Shown in pieces: positions 23,211-30,525 of a DNA stretch of 39,917 nt. A model generated the notes under the pieces. It was not told the origin of the DNA, made no database searches, and saw only the letters and a program-made list of their open reading frames with translations. The position numbers and the translations under genes are program-made. This DNA comes from a virus: positions 1 to 39,917 of the IMG/VR virus record IMGVR_UViG_3300039071_000050. The stretch is one strand, 5' to 3'. Positions within the stretch are counted from its first letter, which is position 1, and the number at the start of each line of letters is the position of its first letter.

Positions 23211-23927
23211 TCAGTGAAACCCGCCAGACCAGAACACGCGGCCAAGTACGCTGATCTCCTGCTCGCGCACCTGGTCGACGCTGTACTCCTCGTCCGGGTG
23301 CTCGTCGCGGTTGAAGCTGCGGATGCGCAGCCCGCCGCCAGGCAGCCGGTATAGCTGTTTGATGCGGAGCTGGCCGCCGTGGTTGATCGCGTACATGTCG
23401 CCGTCGATCACTCGCGTGCTGCTGGTATCAATGCCGACCGTCGAGCCATGCCTCAATACCGGCTCCATGCTGTTGCCGGCCACCGTCACGCAACGGGCCG
23501 CGTCTGGGTCTACGCCCTGGTTCTTCAGGCTGTACTTGCCGAAGCGCAGGCGCTTTGTCGAAGACTGCTGGATTGCTGTGCGCCCACTTCCTGCGGACAG
23601 CTCCACTTCCTTGAGGAACGGCACGGATACCTCATCGTCATCTAGTGGTGTCTGGTCATCCCACACCGTGACAGACCCCAGATCCGGGTGCATGCCTGAC
23701 GCCTGGTCGGCCTGGCTGAAGAGCGGCGCCTTGCCAGACAGCAGGTAGTCAACGGTGGTCGAGAGGAACGCGGCGACTTCTTCCAGGCGCGCACCACGCG
23801 GTGAGGACTTGCCGGCCTCCCAGCTCTGCACGGCCTGCGGAGTCACGCCGAGCGCGCGCGCCAGCTCTGACTGGTTTAGCCCTTTGCCCTCGCGGGCCTT
23901 GGCGATTCGAGTAGCGAGATTGTTCAT
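23211..23927 (-). CDS. cI: CI-type repressor (HTH_XRE N-domain plus S24/LexA-like autopeptidase C-domain)
   Basis: HTH LNQSELARALGVTPQAVQSWEAG. C-domain with GNSMEP (Ser nucleophile) and a downstream Lys (LRIKQL). Start set at the ATG at 23927 (238 aa); the track start at 23987 is the alternative. Confidence 0.85.
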   Translation of the reverse strand: MNNLATRIAKAREGKGLNQSELARALGVTPQAVQSWEAGKSSPRGARLEEVAAFLSTTVDYLLSGKAPLFSQADQASGMHPDLGSVTVWDDQTPLDDDEVSVPFLKEVELSAGSGRTAIQQSSTKRLRFGKYSLKNQGVDPDAARCVTVAGNSMEPVLRHGSTVGIDTSSTRVIDGDMYAINHGGQLRIKQLYRLPGGGLRIRSFNRDEHPDEEYSVDQVREQEISVLGRVFWSGGFH

Positions 23928-23929
23928 CG

Positions 23930-24021
23930 CTTGAATGTACAAGGCCGGCTTGTTTGTTTCATTGCCAAAAACTCTTGTAGCTGTCATGGGCTTTCTTGTA
24001 AGCTGGTCTTGTAACTACAAG
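23930..24021. promoter_or_regulatory. cI/cro divergent control region with operators (OR-like)
   Basis: Perfect palindrome CTTGTAACTACAAG (24008-24021). Near-palindrome CTTGAATGTACAAG (23930-23943). Extra half-sites CTTGTA at 23974 and 23995. Confidence 0.55.
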
Positions 24022-24034
24022 CAGAGGCCAAGAA

Positions 24035-24238
24035 ATGACCGCCGCCGCCATTCAACGAGCTTGCGAAGTAGCAGGCAGCCAATCCGCCCTGGCTCGCGCG
24101 CTTGAGGTAACTCCCCAAGCCGTACAGAACTGGTGCGCGACTGGCCGCGTGCCCGCCGAGCGAGTCCTCGAAATCGAAAAAGCCACCGGGGTCTCTCGCC
24201 ACGACCTGCGCCCCGATCTCTATCCCCAGGCCGCATAG
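24035..24238 (+). CDS. cro: Cro-like repressor (YdaS/Cro HTH family)
   Basis: 67 aa. GSQSALARALEVTPQAVQNW HTH. Divergent from cI. Confidence 0.75.
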   Translation: MTAAAIQRACEVAGSQSALARALEVTPQAVQNWCATGRVPAERVLEIEKATGVSRHDLRPDLYPQAA

Positions 24239-24252
24239 GAGTACCAGCAGCC

Positions 24253-24441
24253 ATGTATGCAGACCCCCGACACAAGAACCGCAACGAGACGAAGGTTCGC
24301 CTCGACGACGAGTACGAGGCCTTCCTCGAAAGCCTGGCGACCATCCATCACACCCAGAAGGCTGTGCTGGCTCGCGAAATCCTGAAGTCCTGGATCGACG
24401 AGAAACGTGAAGAGCTTACGCGAAGCATCACTGCGGCCTGA
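24253..24441 (+). CDS. Small putative ribbon-helix-helix protein (62 aa), in the CII position
   Basis: ATG at 24253 with AGGAG upstream (3' part of track ORF 24133..24441). TKVRLDDEYEAFLESLA looks like a beta-strand plus helix of the RHH type. Confidence 0.45.
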   Translation: MYADPRHKNRNETKVRLDDEYEAFLESLATIHHTQKAVLAREILKSWIDEKREELTRSITAA

Positions 24442-24461
24442 AGGCCCATACGAGGGCCTCT

Positions 24462-24659
24462 ATGTCTGCCAACGACGACATGAGCCTGGGGCAACTGCTG
24501 AACGATGAGGACATGGACCTCTTGATTGAACTGGCACAGCGGCAAGGCGTAGAGCCGCAAGAGCTGGCCAAGAAGGCGATTCAAGACCTGATCACCAAGC
24601 GCACCAGGCCAAGAACGATGCCTGGAACGGTTCAACCGTTTCGGAGAAGGGCTGAGTAG
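24462..24659 (+). CDS. Hypothetical protein (65 aa)
   Basis: ORF track; acidic N-terminus, basic C-terminus. Confidence 0.5.
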   Translation: MSANDDMSLGQLLNDEDMDLLIELAQRQGVEPQELAKKAIQDLITKRTRPRTMPGTVQPFRRRAE

Positions 24660-24679
24660 CCCGAGACGAGGGACTCAAA

Positions 24680-24853
24680 ATGGCGATAGCGACCGAGGAA
24701 CACATCAGCAAGGAGGCGCACCAAGCGCTGGCCATGCTGCACGCCCGCGCGATCCGCTCGCTGTATTCCCCATCTGCCAAAGAAAAAGCCCGCAGAGATG
24801 TTTTGCATCACCTGCGGGCTTCGTTGCGCCCGGTTGCCGCCGAGCGCGTATGA
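24680..24853 (+). CDS. Hypothetical protein (57 aa), below the track cutoff
   Basis: ATG at 24680 with GAGGGA upstream. ATGA overlap with the O-like gene start. Confidence 0.45.
   Translation: MAIATEEHISKEAHQALAMLHARAIRSLYSPSAKEKARRDVLHHLRASLRPVAAERV
24779..24820 (-). terminator. Antisense rho-independent terminator inside the 57-aa gene
   Basis: Minus strand AGCCCGCAG-16 nt-CTGCGGGCT (9-bp stem) followed by TTTTTCTTT. Confidence 0.5.
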
Positions 24854-24858
24854 CCAAC
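24779..24858 (-). ncRNA. Candidate oop-like antisense RNA (about 80 nt)
   Basis: Minus-strand promoter candidate TTGTTG-N17-CATACT (24865-24893), with the terminator above. Would be antisense to the O-gene RBS/start and the 3' end of the upstream gene. Confidence 0.3.
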
Positions 24859-25653
24859 GGAGACAGTATGACCAACGTAATCAGTCTCAACAAGTCCCAG
24901 GGGTTTACCCGGATGGACAACGAACTTTACGAGGCCCTCATTGGGGCTGACCTGTCCGGCCGTGAGCTGAGGGTGGCTCTGGCCATTCACCGCCTCACCG
25001 CAGGCTACAACGTCGACGAGGCGCGCATTGCCGCATCAGTGATCGCTGACATCTCCGGCATTCGTCGTGAGCATGTTTCGCGGATGATCTGCGAGCTGCT
25101 TCGCCAGGGTGTGATTTATCGTGTGGGGGGCTCTAAAGGGCCTATCGGTTTTGCCCCTGTTTCCGAGTGGAAAATCGACCCGAAAGAGTGTGCTGAAAAC
25201 GGCACAAAGGATTTGGCACAGAGTGCTGGAAACGGCACAAAAGTAGTGCCGTTTTCGGCACACAATAAAGACAATAAAGACAATACAGTTCCTTCGGAAC
25301 TTGTCGACGCTGCCGCGCCGACCTCGGTCGAAGTTGCTCAACCCGAACAACCTGACCCCAAAGCCGACCGCATCCCCTACGCCAAGATCCAGGACCTGTA
25401 CAACCGCGTCTGCGGTCACGTCCTGCCGCAGTGCCTGAAGCTGAACGACAAGCGCAAGGGCAACATCCGCAAGTGCTGGAACCTGAACCTCAACGGCACC
25501 TTCCCGTTCCGCTCGGCCGAGTTCTGGGAGGGCTACTTCAACGACTGCCTGACCAACAAGCACTGGACCGGCAACAACGAGTCCGGCTGGCGTGCTGACC
25601 TGGAGTTCCTGACCCGCGAAGAGAAGGTCCTGAAAGTTCTGGAGGGCGCGTGA
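24850..25653 (+). CDS. Replication initiator, lambda O-like
   Basis: 267 aa. N-terminus GFTRMDNELYEALIGADLSGRELRVALAIHRLTAGYN fits the phage O N-terminal domain. The origin repeats lie in the linker. Confidence 0.75.
   Translation: MTNGDSMTNVISLNKSQGFTRMDNELYEALIGADLSGRELRVALAIHRLTAGYNVDEARIAASVIADISGIRREHVSRMICELLRQGVIYRVGGSKGPIGFAPVSEWKIDPKECAENGTKDLAQSAGNGTKVVPFSAHNKDNKDNTVPSELVDAAAPTSVEVAQPEQPDPKADRIPYAKIQDLYNRVCGHVLPQCLKLNDKRKGNIRKCWNLNLNGTFPFRSAEFWEGYFNDCLTNKHWTGNNESGWRADLEFLTREEKVLKVLEGA
25187..25288. promoter_or_regulatory. Replication origin: iterons plus AT-rich 9-mer repeats inside the O-like gene
   Basis: GCTGAAAACGGCACAAA (25192) and GCTGGAAACGGCACAAA (25225), 33 bp apart. Palindrome GTGCCGTTTTCGGCAC (25246-25261). 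Then ACAATAAAG x2 plus ACAATACAG (25262-25288). Confidence 0.6.
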
Positions 25654-27053
25654 TGATCGAGCGCCCTCTGGTATCCATGGAAGCCGAGCACGGCGTTCTA
25701 GGCGCCCTGATGAAGAAGCCCGAGCTGTGCGAAGAGGTCGGCGCCTTCCTCGGCATGGAGGACTTCTCCGAGCCGGACAACGGCGCCCTGTACCTGCTGA
25801 TCCTGGCTTGCCACTCGAAGAAGATCACCCCCGATCCGCTGTCGCTGGCCGAGATGAAGCCCGAGCTGCCGAGCGGCACTCCGACGATGCTGTACGCCGG
25901 CGAGCTGTGGGAGAAGGTGGCTAGCGCGGCCAACGCCAAGCACTACGCTCGCATCGTGATTGAGCGCGCCCGTGCTCGCACGCTGTACCAGGCCGGTGTG
26001 CGCCTGATGGAGATGGCGCAGCAGCAGGGCAGCATTCCGGCGCAGATTGCAGAGGCTCAGGGCGTGGTAATGGGCCTGAGCGCGAAGGACGACAAGCCCG
26101 ACGTCGTGACCATGCGTGAAGCGCTGGGCGAGGTGTTTGCCGACATGCAGGAGCGCCTGGACGGCATCCAGGTGATGGGCATCGACTTCGGCCTTCCGGA
26201 CCTGGACCGGATCGTCCGCATGTTCCGTCCGGGCAACCTGGCAATCATCGCTGGCCGCCCTGGCACCGGTAAGACCGTTCTGGGTACCTGGCTGGCCGAC
26301 CGCTGCGCGCTGCACTTCAAGAAGGGCGCTTTGGTGTTCTCGCTGGAGATGGCCATGAAGGAGCTTGGCAAGCGCTCGCTGGCCTCGCTCTCTGGTGTGG
26401 CTCAGGGCGACATCGAGTCGGGCGAGGCCATCTGCGACAAAGAGGCCGAGATGCGCATGACCGCCGCCGTTCACAAGCTGAGCGAGGCCGACATTCGCAT
26501 CTGCGACAAGCCGGGCCTGACCTTTGCGCGCATTTGCAGCATTGCCCGCTTTGAGCACCGCGCCAATCCGCTGGGCGTGATCGTGGTGGATTACCTGAGC
26601 CTGATTGCCACCGACCCGAGCGCCAAGCACCAGAACCGCAACCTGGAGCTGGGCTCGTACACCCGGGGCTTCAAGGCGCTGGCCAAGGAGCTGGGCATTC
26701 CGGTTGTGGTCCTGTCCCAGCTCAACCGCAGCATCGAGAACCGTGCCGACCCCAAGCCGAAGATGAGCGACCTGCGCGATTCCGGCGAGATCGAGCAGGA
26801 CGCCGACGTGATCATCATGGCCCACCGCGACATGAATACCCCGCAGGGCGAGTCGGGCATCACTGAAATCGACGTTGTGAAGGTGCGCCACGCCAAGCCC
26901 GGCTTCTGCCTCCTGCAGTTTCAGGGCGAGTTCGCCCGCTTCGTGAGCTGCGAGCAGCACCACGCCGAAGAACAGCGGCAAGAGACGACCCAGCAGCGTC
27001 GCCCGTCTGCCCGCTCCCTGATCAAAGACTTCAAGCCTTCGGAGGCACGCTAA
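25653..27053 (+). CDS. dnaB: Replicative DNA helicase DnaB
   Basis: 466 aa. Walker A GRPGTGKT, SLEM, and the LSQLNR/IIMAHRD motifs. The ATG at 25653 is preferred over the GTG at 25650 because of GGAGGG spacing. Confidence 0.9.
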   Translation: MIERPLVSMEAEHGVLGALMKKPELCEEVGAFLGMEDFSEPDNGALYLLILACHSKKITPDPLSLAEMKPELPSGTPTMLYAGELWEKVASAANAKHYARIVIERARARTLYQAGVRLMEMAQQQGSIPAQIAEAQGVVMGLSAKDDKPDVVTMREALGEVFADMQERLDGIQVMGIDFGLPDLDRIVRMFRPGNLAIIAGRPGTGKTVLGTWLADRCALHFKKGALVFSLEMAMKELGKRSLASLSGVAQGDIESGEAICDKEAEMRMTAAVHKLSEADIRICDKPGLTFARICSIARFEHRANPLGVIVVDYLSLIATDPSAKHQNRNLELGSYTRGFKALAKELGIPVVVLSQLNRSIENRADPKPKMSDLRDSGEIEQDADVIIMAHRDMNTPQGESGITEIDVVKVRHAKPGFCLLQFQGEFARFVSCEQHHAEEQRQETTQQRRPSARSLIKDFKPSEAR

Positions 27054-27259
27054 TGGACATCGCAGACCTGGCCGAAATCGAACTCGACCTGATGGAGCGC
27101 GAGCGCCAAGACCGAATCGCGCGCATGCAGTTTCGCGGCAAGAGCCGCACGCACTGCGCGGAGTGTGACGTAGAGATTCCGCAGCGCCGGCAGGAGTTGG
27201 TGCCGGGCGTGCGGTTGTGCTTTGACTGCGCGGAGATCAAGGAGGCCCGTCATGCGTGA
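27053..27259 (+). CDS. TraR/DksA-family C4 zinc-finger protein
   Basis: 68 aa. CAECDVEIPQRR...CFDC. Confidence 0.7.
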   Translation: MDIADLAEIELDLMERERQDRIARMQFRGKSRTHCAECDVEIPQRRQELVPGVRLCFDCAEIKEARHA

Positions 27260-27656
27260 ACGGACCTTCCGCATCCAGGGCGTGGGCGGTCTGAAGATCG
27301 CCTTCCGCGCCGCCTTCGACCTGGCGCAACAGCTCATGCGCCAGGAGGGCACCGGCTACGAGCTGATCCTGCGCCCGCTCAAGTCGAAGCGCTCCATCGA
27401 GCAGAACAAGCGCTACCACGCGATGTTGCGCGACCTGTCGGCCATCGCCTGGCTGGACGGCCGGCAGTACGCCGCTGACGCATGGGCCGAGTACTTCAAG
27501 CAGGCCTTCATCGGCTGGGATGAACTGCCGGGCGGTGGCCGTCGCGGAATCAGCACCACCACCCTAAACGTCGCCGAGTTCGGCGAGTACATGACCAAGA
27601 TCGAAGCCTGGGCAGCCGAGCAGGGCTGGCCTCTGGGCTTGCAGGAGGCCGCATGA
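27252..27656 (+). CDS. ninB: NinB/Orf-family recombination protein
   Basis: 134 aa from the ATG at 27252. RSIEQNKRYHAMLRDLS motif. Confidence 0.65.
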   Translation: MRERTFRIQGVGGLKIAFRAAFDLAQQLMRQEGTGYELILRPLKSKRSIEQNKRYHAMLRDLSAIAWLDGRQYAADAWAEYFKQAFIGWDELPGGGRRGISTTTLNVAEFGEYMTKIEAWAAEQGWPLGLQEAA

Positions 27657-27916
27657 GCAACTTCAAGGCGGGAGATTTGGCGCTGATTAAGTACGGCGAC
27701 GCTGCGGGAGAGCTAGTAGAGCTGGTGTCTCGGCACACGACCGATGGTGAGGTTGTGCGGGGCGTCGCAGACACCTTCGTCGCTGATGGTGGGGTGCAGT
27801 GGCTTGTTAGCTGGGTACATGAAGGCGCCGAGGGATTATACGACGAACACTGGCTGATGCCCCTTCGCGGCGACTTCCAGCCCGAGCAGCAGAAGTCGCG
27901 GGAGGTGCCGGCATGA
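27653..27916 (+). CDS. Hypothetical protein (87 aa)
   Basis: ORF track; ATGA coupling. Confidence 0.5.
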   Translation: MSNFKAGDLALIKYGDAAGELVELVSRHTTDGEVVRGVADTFVADGGVQWLVSWVHEGAEGLYDEHWLMPLRGDFQPEQQKSREVPA

Positions 27917-28113
27917 ACATCGAGCAAGCATCCGGCCGGCGCTATGCCGCCGAGACGATCCTTTCCGTGATCGGCGCGTCGAACGCCTGGTTCGACTCAC
28001 GCGGCGCGCTGGTAACGATCCTCGACAACCTGGAGGACACCGCATCGAAGCGGCAGGCGGCGTTTGCTGCTGGCATTCGTGAGGTGGTGCGGGAGGTGCG
28101 CCGTGACCACTAA
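27913..28113 (+). CDS. Hypothetical protein (66 aa)
   Basis: ORF track; ATGA coupling. Confidence 0.5.
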   Translation: MNIEQASGRRYAAETILSVIGASNAWFDSRGALVTILDNLEDTASKRQAAFAAGIREVVREVRRDH

Positions 28114-28408
28114 GGCCGAGAAACAGCACATGTCCAAGGTCGCCGCGCTGGGCTGCGTGGCGTGCTACCTGATGGGCGAGGCAGGTACTCCCGCAGAACT
28201 GCACCACCCCCGTTCCGGCGTAGGTCGCGGGCAGAAGGCTAGCCACTTCGACGTGCTGCCTTTGTGCCCGGCCCACCATCGCGGCACCTATCACCCCGCA
28301 GTCCCCAGCATTCACCTGAGCAAGCAGGCATTCATAGACCGGTTCGGCACTGAGGCGGCCTTGCTCGCCCTGGTGCGCCAGCTGGTTGGAGCGGAGGAGG
28401 CGGCATGA
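28103..28408 (+). CDS. Ref-like (recombination enhancement function) HNH-type nuclease
   Basis: GTG at 28103 with GGGAGG 6 nt upstream. GCVAC...ELHHPR...GRGQKASHFDVLPLCPAHHRG matches the P1 Ref/DUF968 pattern. Confidence 0.6.
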   Translation: MTTKAEKQHMSKVAALGCVACYLMGEAGTPAELHHPRSGVGRGQKASHFDVLPLCPAHHRGTYHPAVPSIHLSKQAFIDRFGTEAALLALVRQLVGAEEAA

Positions 28409-28554
28409 GCGAGTGGCGCAAGGAGAACATCGCGACGATGGCAATAGCTGCGCTTATGGCTGTCGGTCTTTACCAGGCCGGCGCTGGAGGCCATGCGTTC
28501 TGGAGCCTGCTTCTGCTGCTGAACCTCAACTACATCAAGAGGGCCAATCCATGA
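28405..28554 (+). CDS. Small membrane protein (49 aa), below the track cutoff
   Basis: ATGA overlaps at both ends; GGAGGAGG RBS. Sequence MSEWRKENIATMAIAALMAVGLYQAGAGGHAFWSLLLLLNLNYIKRANP. Confidence 0.45.
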   Translation: MSEWRKENIATMAIAALMAVGLYQAGAGGHAFWSLLLLLNLNYIKRANP

Positions 28555-28784
28555 CCATCCTAACCCTCGACTGGATCAAGGAAGCCCCGGAGAAGTTTCG
28601 GCCGGGAATGGCCGTGCGTACCAAGAACGGGCGCGTGGTGCTTGTTGGGGATGACACCTCGACCATGCGCCTGGCGCTGCTCAAGGCTCGCTTCGTTGAG
28701 TGGGCCTGGTGGATCAAGCCCTACGAAGTCACCTGGCTGGCCGGGGTGCGGGATCAGCATGCGAAGGGGAGGTCGGAGCAATGA
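28551..28784 (+). CDS. Hypothetical protein (77 aa)
   Basis: 3' part of track ORF 28386..28784, from the ATG at 28551. Confidence 0.5.
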   Translation: MTILTLDWIKEAPEKFRPGMAVRTKNGRVVLVGDDTSTMRLALLKARFVEWAWWIKPYEVTWLAGVRDQHAKGRSEQ

Positions 28785-28963
28785 ACCTTGCATCAGTCTG
28801 TGTCCGGGCAAAGCCACGGATCAAGAAAGTGAATGGTGGCTATAAGTGCACCACTCGTGCAGCCGATGGGAACAGGGTCGCATCTTTGTGGGGTTATGGC
28901 TCGACTCCAGTAGAGGCATACCAAGATTGGCAGCTTTTAGCGCGGAGATTCTCTCATGACTGA
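28781..28963 (+). CDS. Hypothetical protein (60 aa)
   Basis: 3' part of track ORF 28700..28963, from the ATG at 28781 (ATGA overlap). Confidence 0.5.
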   Translation: MNLASVCVRAKPRIKKVNGGYKCTTRAADGNRVASLWGYGSTPVEAYQDWQLLARRFSHD

Positions 28964-29174
28964 CAAAGTGGTCCCGTTCCAGAAGCGCAAAGACCCTATT
29001 CAGGCCCTGAGGGATGCTGAAGTCGACTTTGAGGCTGACTTGCTCGGCGCGATCCACGCAGCCCGCGAGGCCGACATGCCCGAGTCGATGCTGATCGGCG
29101 TGATGTACCGCGTCATGAACGATCTCGACTTCGGGATCATCGTGTTTGAGCCAGACGGAGACGAGCCGGCATGA
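28956..29174 (+). CDS. Hypothetical acidic protein (72 aa)
   Basis: ORF track. Confidence 0.5.
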   Translation: MTDKVVPFQKRKDPIQALRDAEVDFEADLLGAIHAAREADMPESMLIGVMYRVMNDLDFGIIVFEPDGDEPA

Positions 29175-29395
29175 AGTGGACAGCCCACACCTTCACGGTT
29201 CGCGGCGAGCGCATCCGCTCCAAGTGCGCCATCCAGTCCGAGGAAGGCTACGTGGTTAGCCGGTACATGCCCGAAGGCGCAGATGTCTACATAGCGCGCT
29301 GCCCGGCTGGCCGAATCATCTACTCCGGCGTGCATAGCGACCGGGCCAAAGAAGCATGTGAGCAGCATCTGGCTGATCAGGAGAGGGCGGCGTGA
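29171..29395 (+). CDS. Hypothetical protein (74 aa)
   Basis: ORF track; ATGA coupling. Confidence 0.5.
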   Translation: MKWTAHTFTVRGERIRSKCAIQSEEGYVVSRYMPEGADVYIARCPAGRIIYSGVHSDRAKEACEQHLADQERAA

Positions 29396-29544
29396 GTAGC
29401 CAGGGCCTATGGTCGAGCGCTGTAGTCATTAATGGCCTGATAGGGATGTTGGCAGCTTTGTCGGGTGAGTCTTGGGTCACTGTGGCATGTATATGCGCGA
29501 TGCCTTTGATTCCTTGGTTAGCTGCGCGCAGGTTGGCGAAATGA
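29392..29544 (+). CDS. Small membrane protein (50 aa), below the track cutoff
   Basis: GTGA overlap upstream and ATGA overlap downstream. Sequence SSQGLWSSAVVINGLIGMLAALSGESWVTVACICAMPLIPWLAARRLAK. Confidence 0.4.
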   Translation: MSSQGLWSSAVVINGLIGMLAALSGESWVTVACICAMPLIPWLAARRLAK

Positions 29545-29924
29545 CCAACTCCCGCGCCAAAGGCGCCGCAGCAGAACGCGAGTTCGCCCGCCTGTGCTTC
29601 GACCATCTGGGCGTGAAAGTCGAGCGCAACCTGGAGCAGTCCCGCAGCGGCGGGCATGACCTGACCGGGTTGCCGGGCTGGGCGCCGGAGATCAAGGCCC
29701 GGGCCGACATTCCGCCCCGTGGCGCGCTGCTAAACATGTGGGCGCAGACACTGGAACAGGCCGAGAAGGCCAGCGCCAAGCCCGTTCTCGCCCTCAAGGT
29801 AAACCGTCGCGGCTGGCAGATATTCGTCGACCTGGCCGACCTAAACGCCTCCTGGCAGCGCTGCAAATCATGGGCAGCCATTGAGCCAGAGGACTTCTTT
29901 CAGTTGGTTCGGGAGGGGATGTGA
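29541..29924 (+). CDS. PD-(D/E)XK nuclease, putative Holliday-junction resolvase
   Basis: 127 aa from the ATG at 29541. SRAKGAAAEREF...GHDL...PEIKA gives an E...D...E-x-K arrangement. Typical nin-region position. Confidence 0.6.
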   Translation: MTNSRAKGAAAEREFARLCFDHLGVKVERNLEQSRSGGHDLTGLPGWAPEIKARADIPPRGALLNMWAQTLEQAEKASAKPVLALKVNRRGWQIFVDLADLNASWQRCKSWAAIEPEDFFQLVREGM

Positions 29925-30337
29925 TGAGCGATACGTTGCAGTGCATGAAATGCGGGCGAAAGCATCACTGGCCACATAGCACATCATTCAAATGCGGCTG
30001 CGGGTACACGCTGACGAGAACTGATCCTGATCTCGGTGCCGCCCCGGAAGGTAAGCCGAAGTCGGCCGCTGACTACCTCGGCAAAGCCCAAGCCCTGATG
30101 ATCGAGCGCGGCAAGCAGTACGACAAGCCAGAGGGCGAGCGCTCCATGGGCAAGGCCGTCATGGCATTCAACGCCATCACAGGCCTTAACATACGGGAGA
30201 GCGAAGGCTGGCTGCTGCTCCAGATCCTGAAGGACGTGCGCCAGTGGCAGAACCCGGCATTCCATGCCGACAGCGCAGAAGATTGCGTGGCCTATGCCGC
30301 GCTGAAAGCTGAAGCACTTGAGCAGGAGCAAGCCTGA
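29924..30337 (+). CDS. Hypothetical protein with N-terminal zinc ribbon (137 aa)
   Basis: CMKCGRKH...CGCG. The C-terminal helical domain ERGKQYDKPEGERSM...LKDVRQ resembles the DUF6378 type (low certainty). Confidence 0.45.
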   Translation: MSDTLQCMKCGRKHHWPHSTSFKCGCGYTLTRTDPDLGAAPEGKPKSAADYLGKAQALMIERGKQYDKPEGERSMGKAVMAFNAITGLNIRESEGWLLLQILKDVRQWQNPAFHADSAEDCVAYAALKAEALEQEQA

Positions 30338-30525
30338 TGGTGGCCGGGCAAGAGTTGCGCACAGAGGAAGAATGCGCGCCAGGCCACATGCATCAGTTCG
30401 AAATTGAAACCAGGGAGGAGTTTTTCGACGGAGATGATTTTGTAACCCGCTGGACATACGTATGCATCTTCTGCGGCGACCGAAAGCAGAAGGTTGAACG
30501 GATCAAAGGAGCCGCTAAATGGTAG
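30337..30525 (+). CDS. Hypothetical protein (62 aa)
   Basis: ORF track; TGATG junction. Confidence 0.5.
   Translation: MVAGQELRTEEECAPGHMHQFEIETREEFFDGDDFVTRWTYVCIFCGDRKQKVERIKGAAKW

Noticed and set aside
23928-23987. Longer cI reading frame starting at 23987 (258 aa).
   Set aside because: It would add 20 residues ahead of a normal-length HTH N-terminus and place operator-like sites inside the gene. It cannot be excluded without transcript or protein data.
24435-24458. Overlapping alternative hairpins GGCC-TGAA-GGCC and GGCCC-ATACGA-GGGCC after the RHH gene, considered as a terminator/attenuator.
   Set aside because: The stems are short (4-5 bp) and have no U-tract. They are mentioned only as a possible nutR-like counterpart.
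25187-25288. Short direct repeats that might suggest a mini CRISPR array.
   Set aside because: There are only two to three degenerate copies. They lie inside a protein-coding gene and are followed by AT-rich 9-mers. This pattern fits origin iterons. No cas genes are present.
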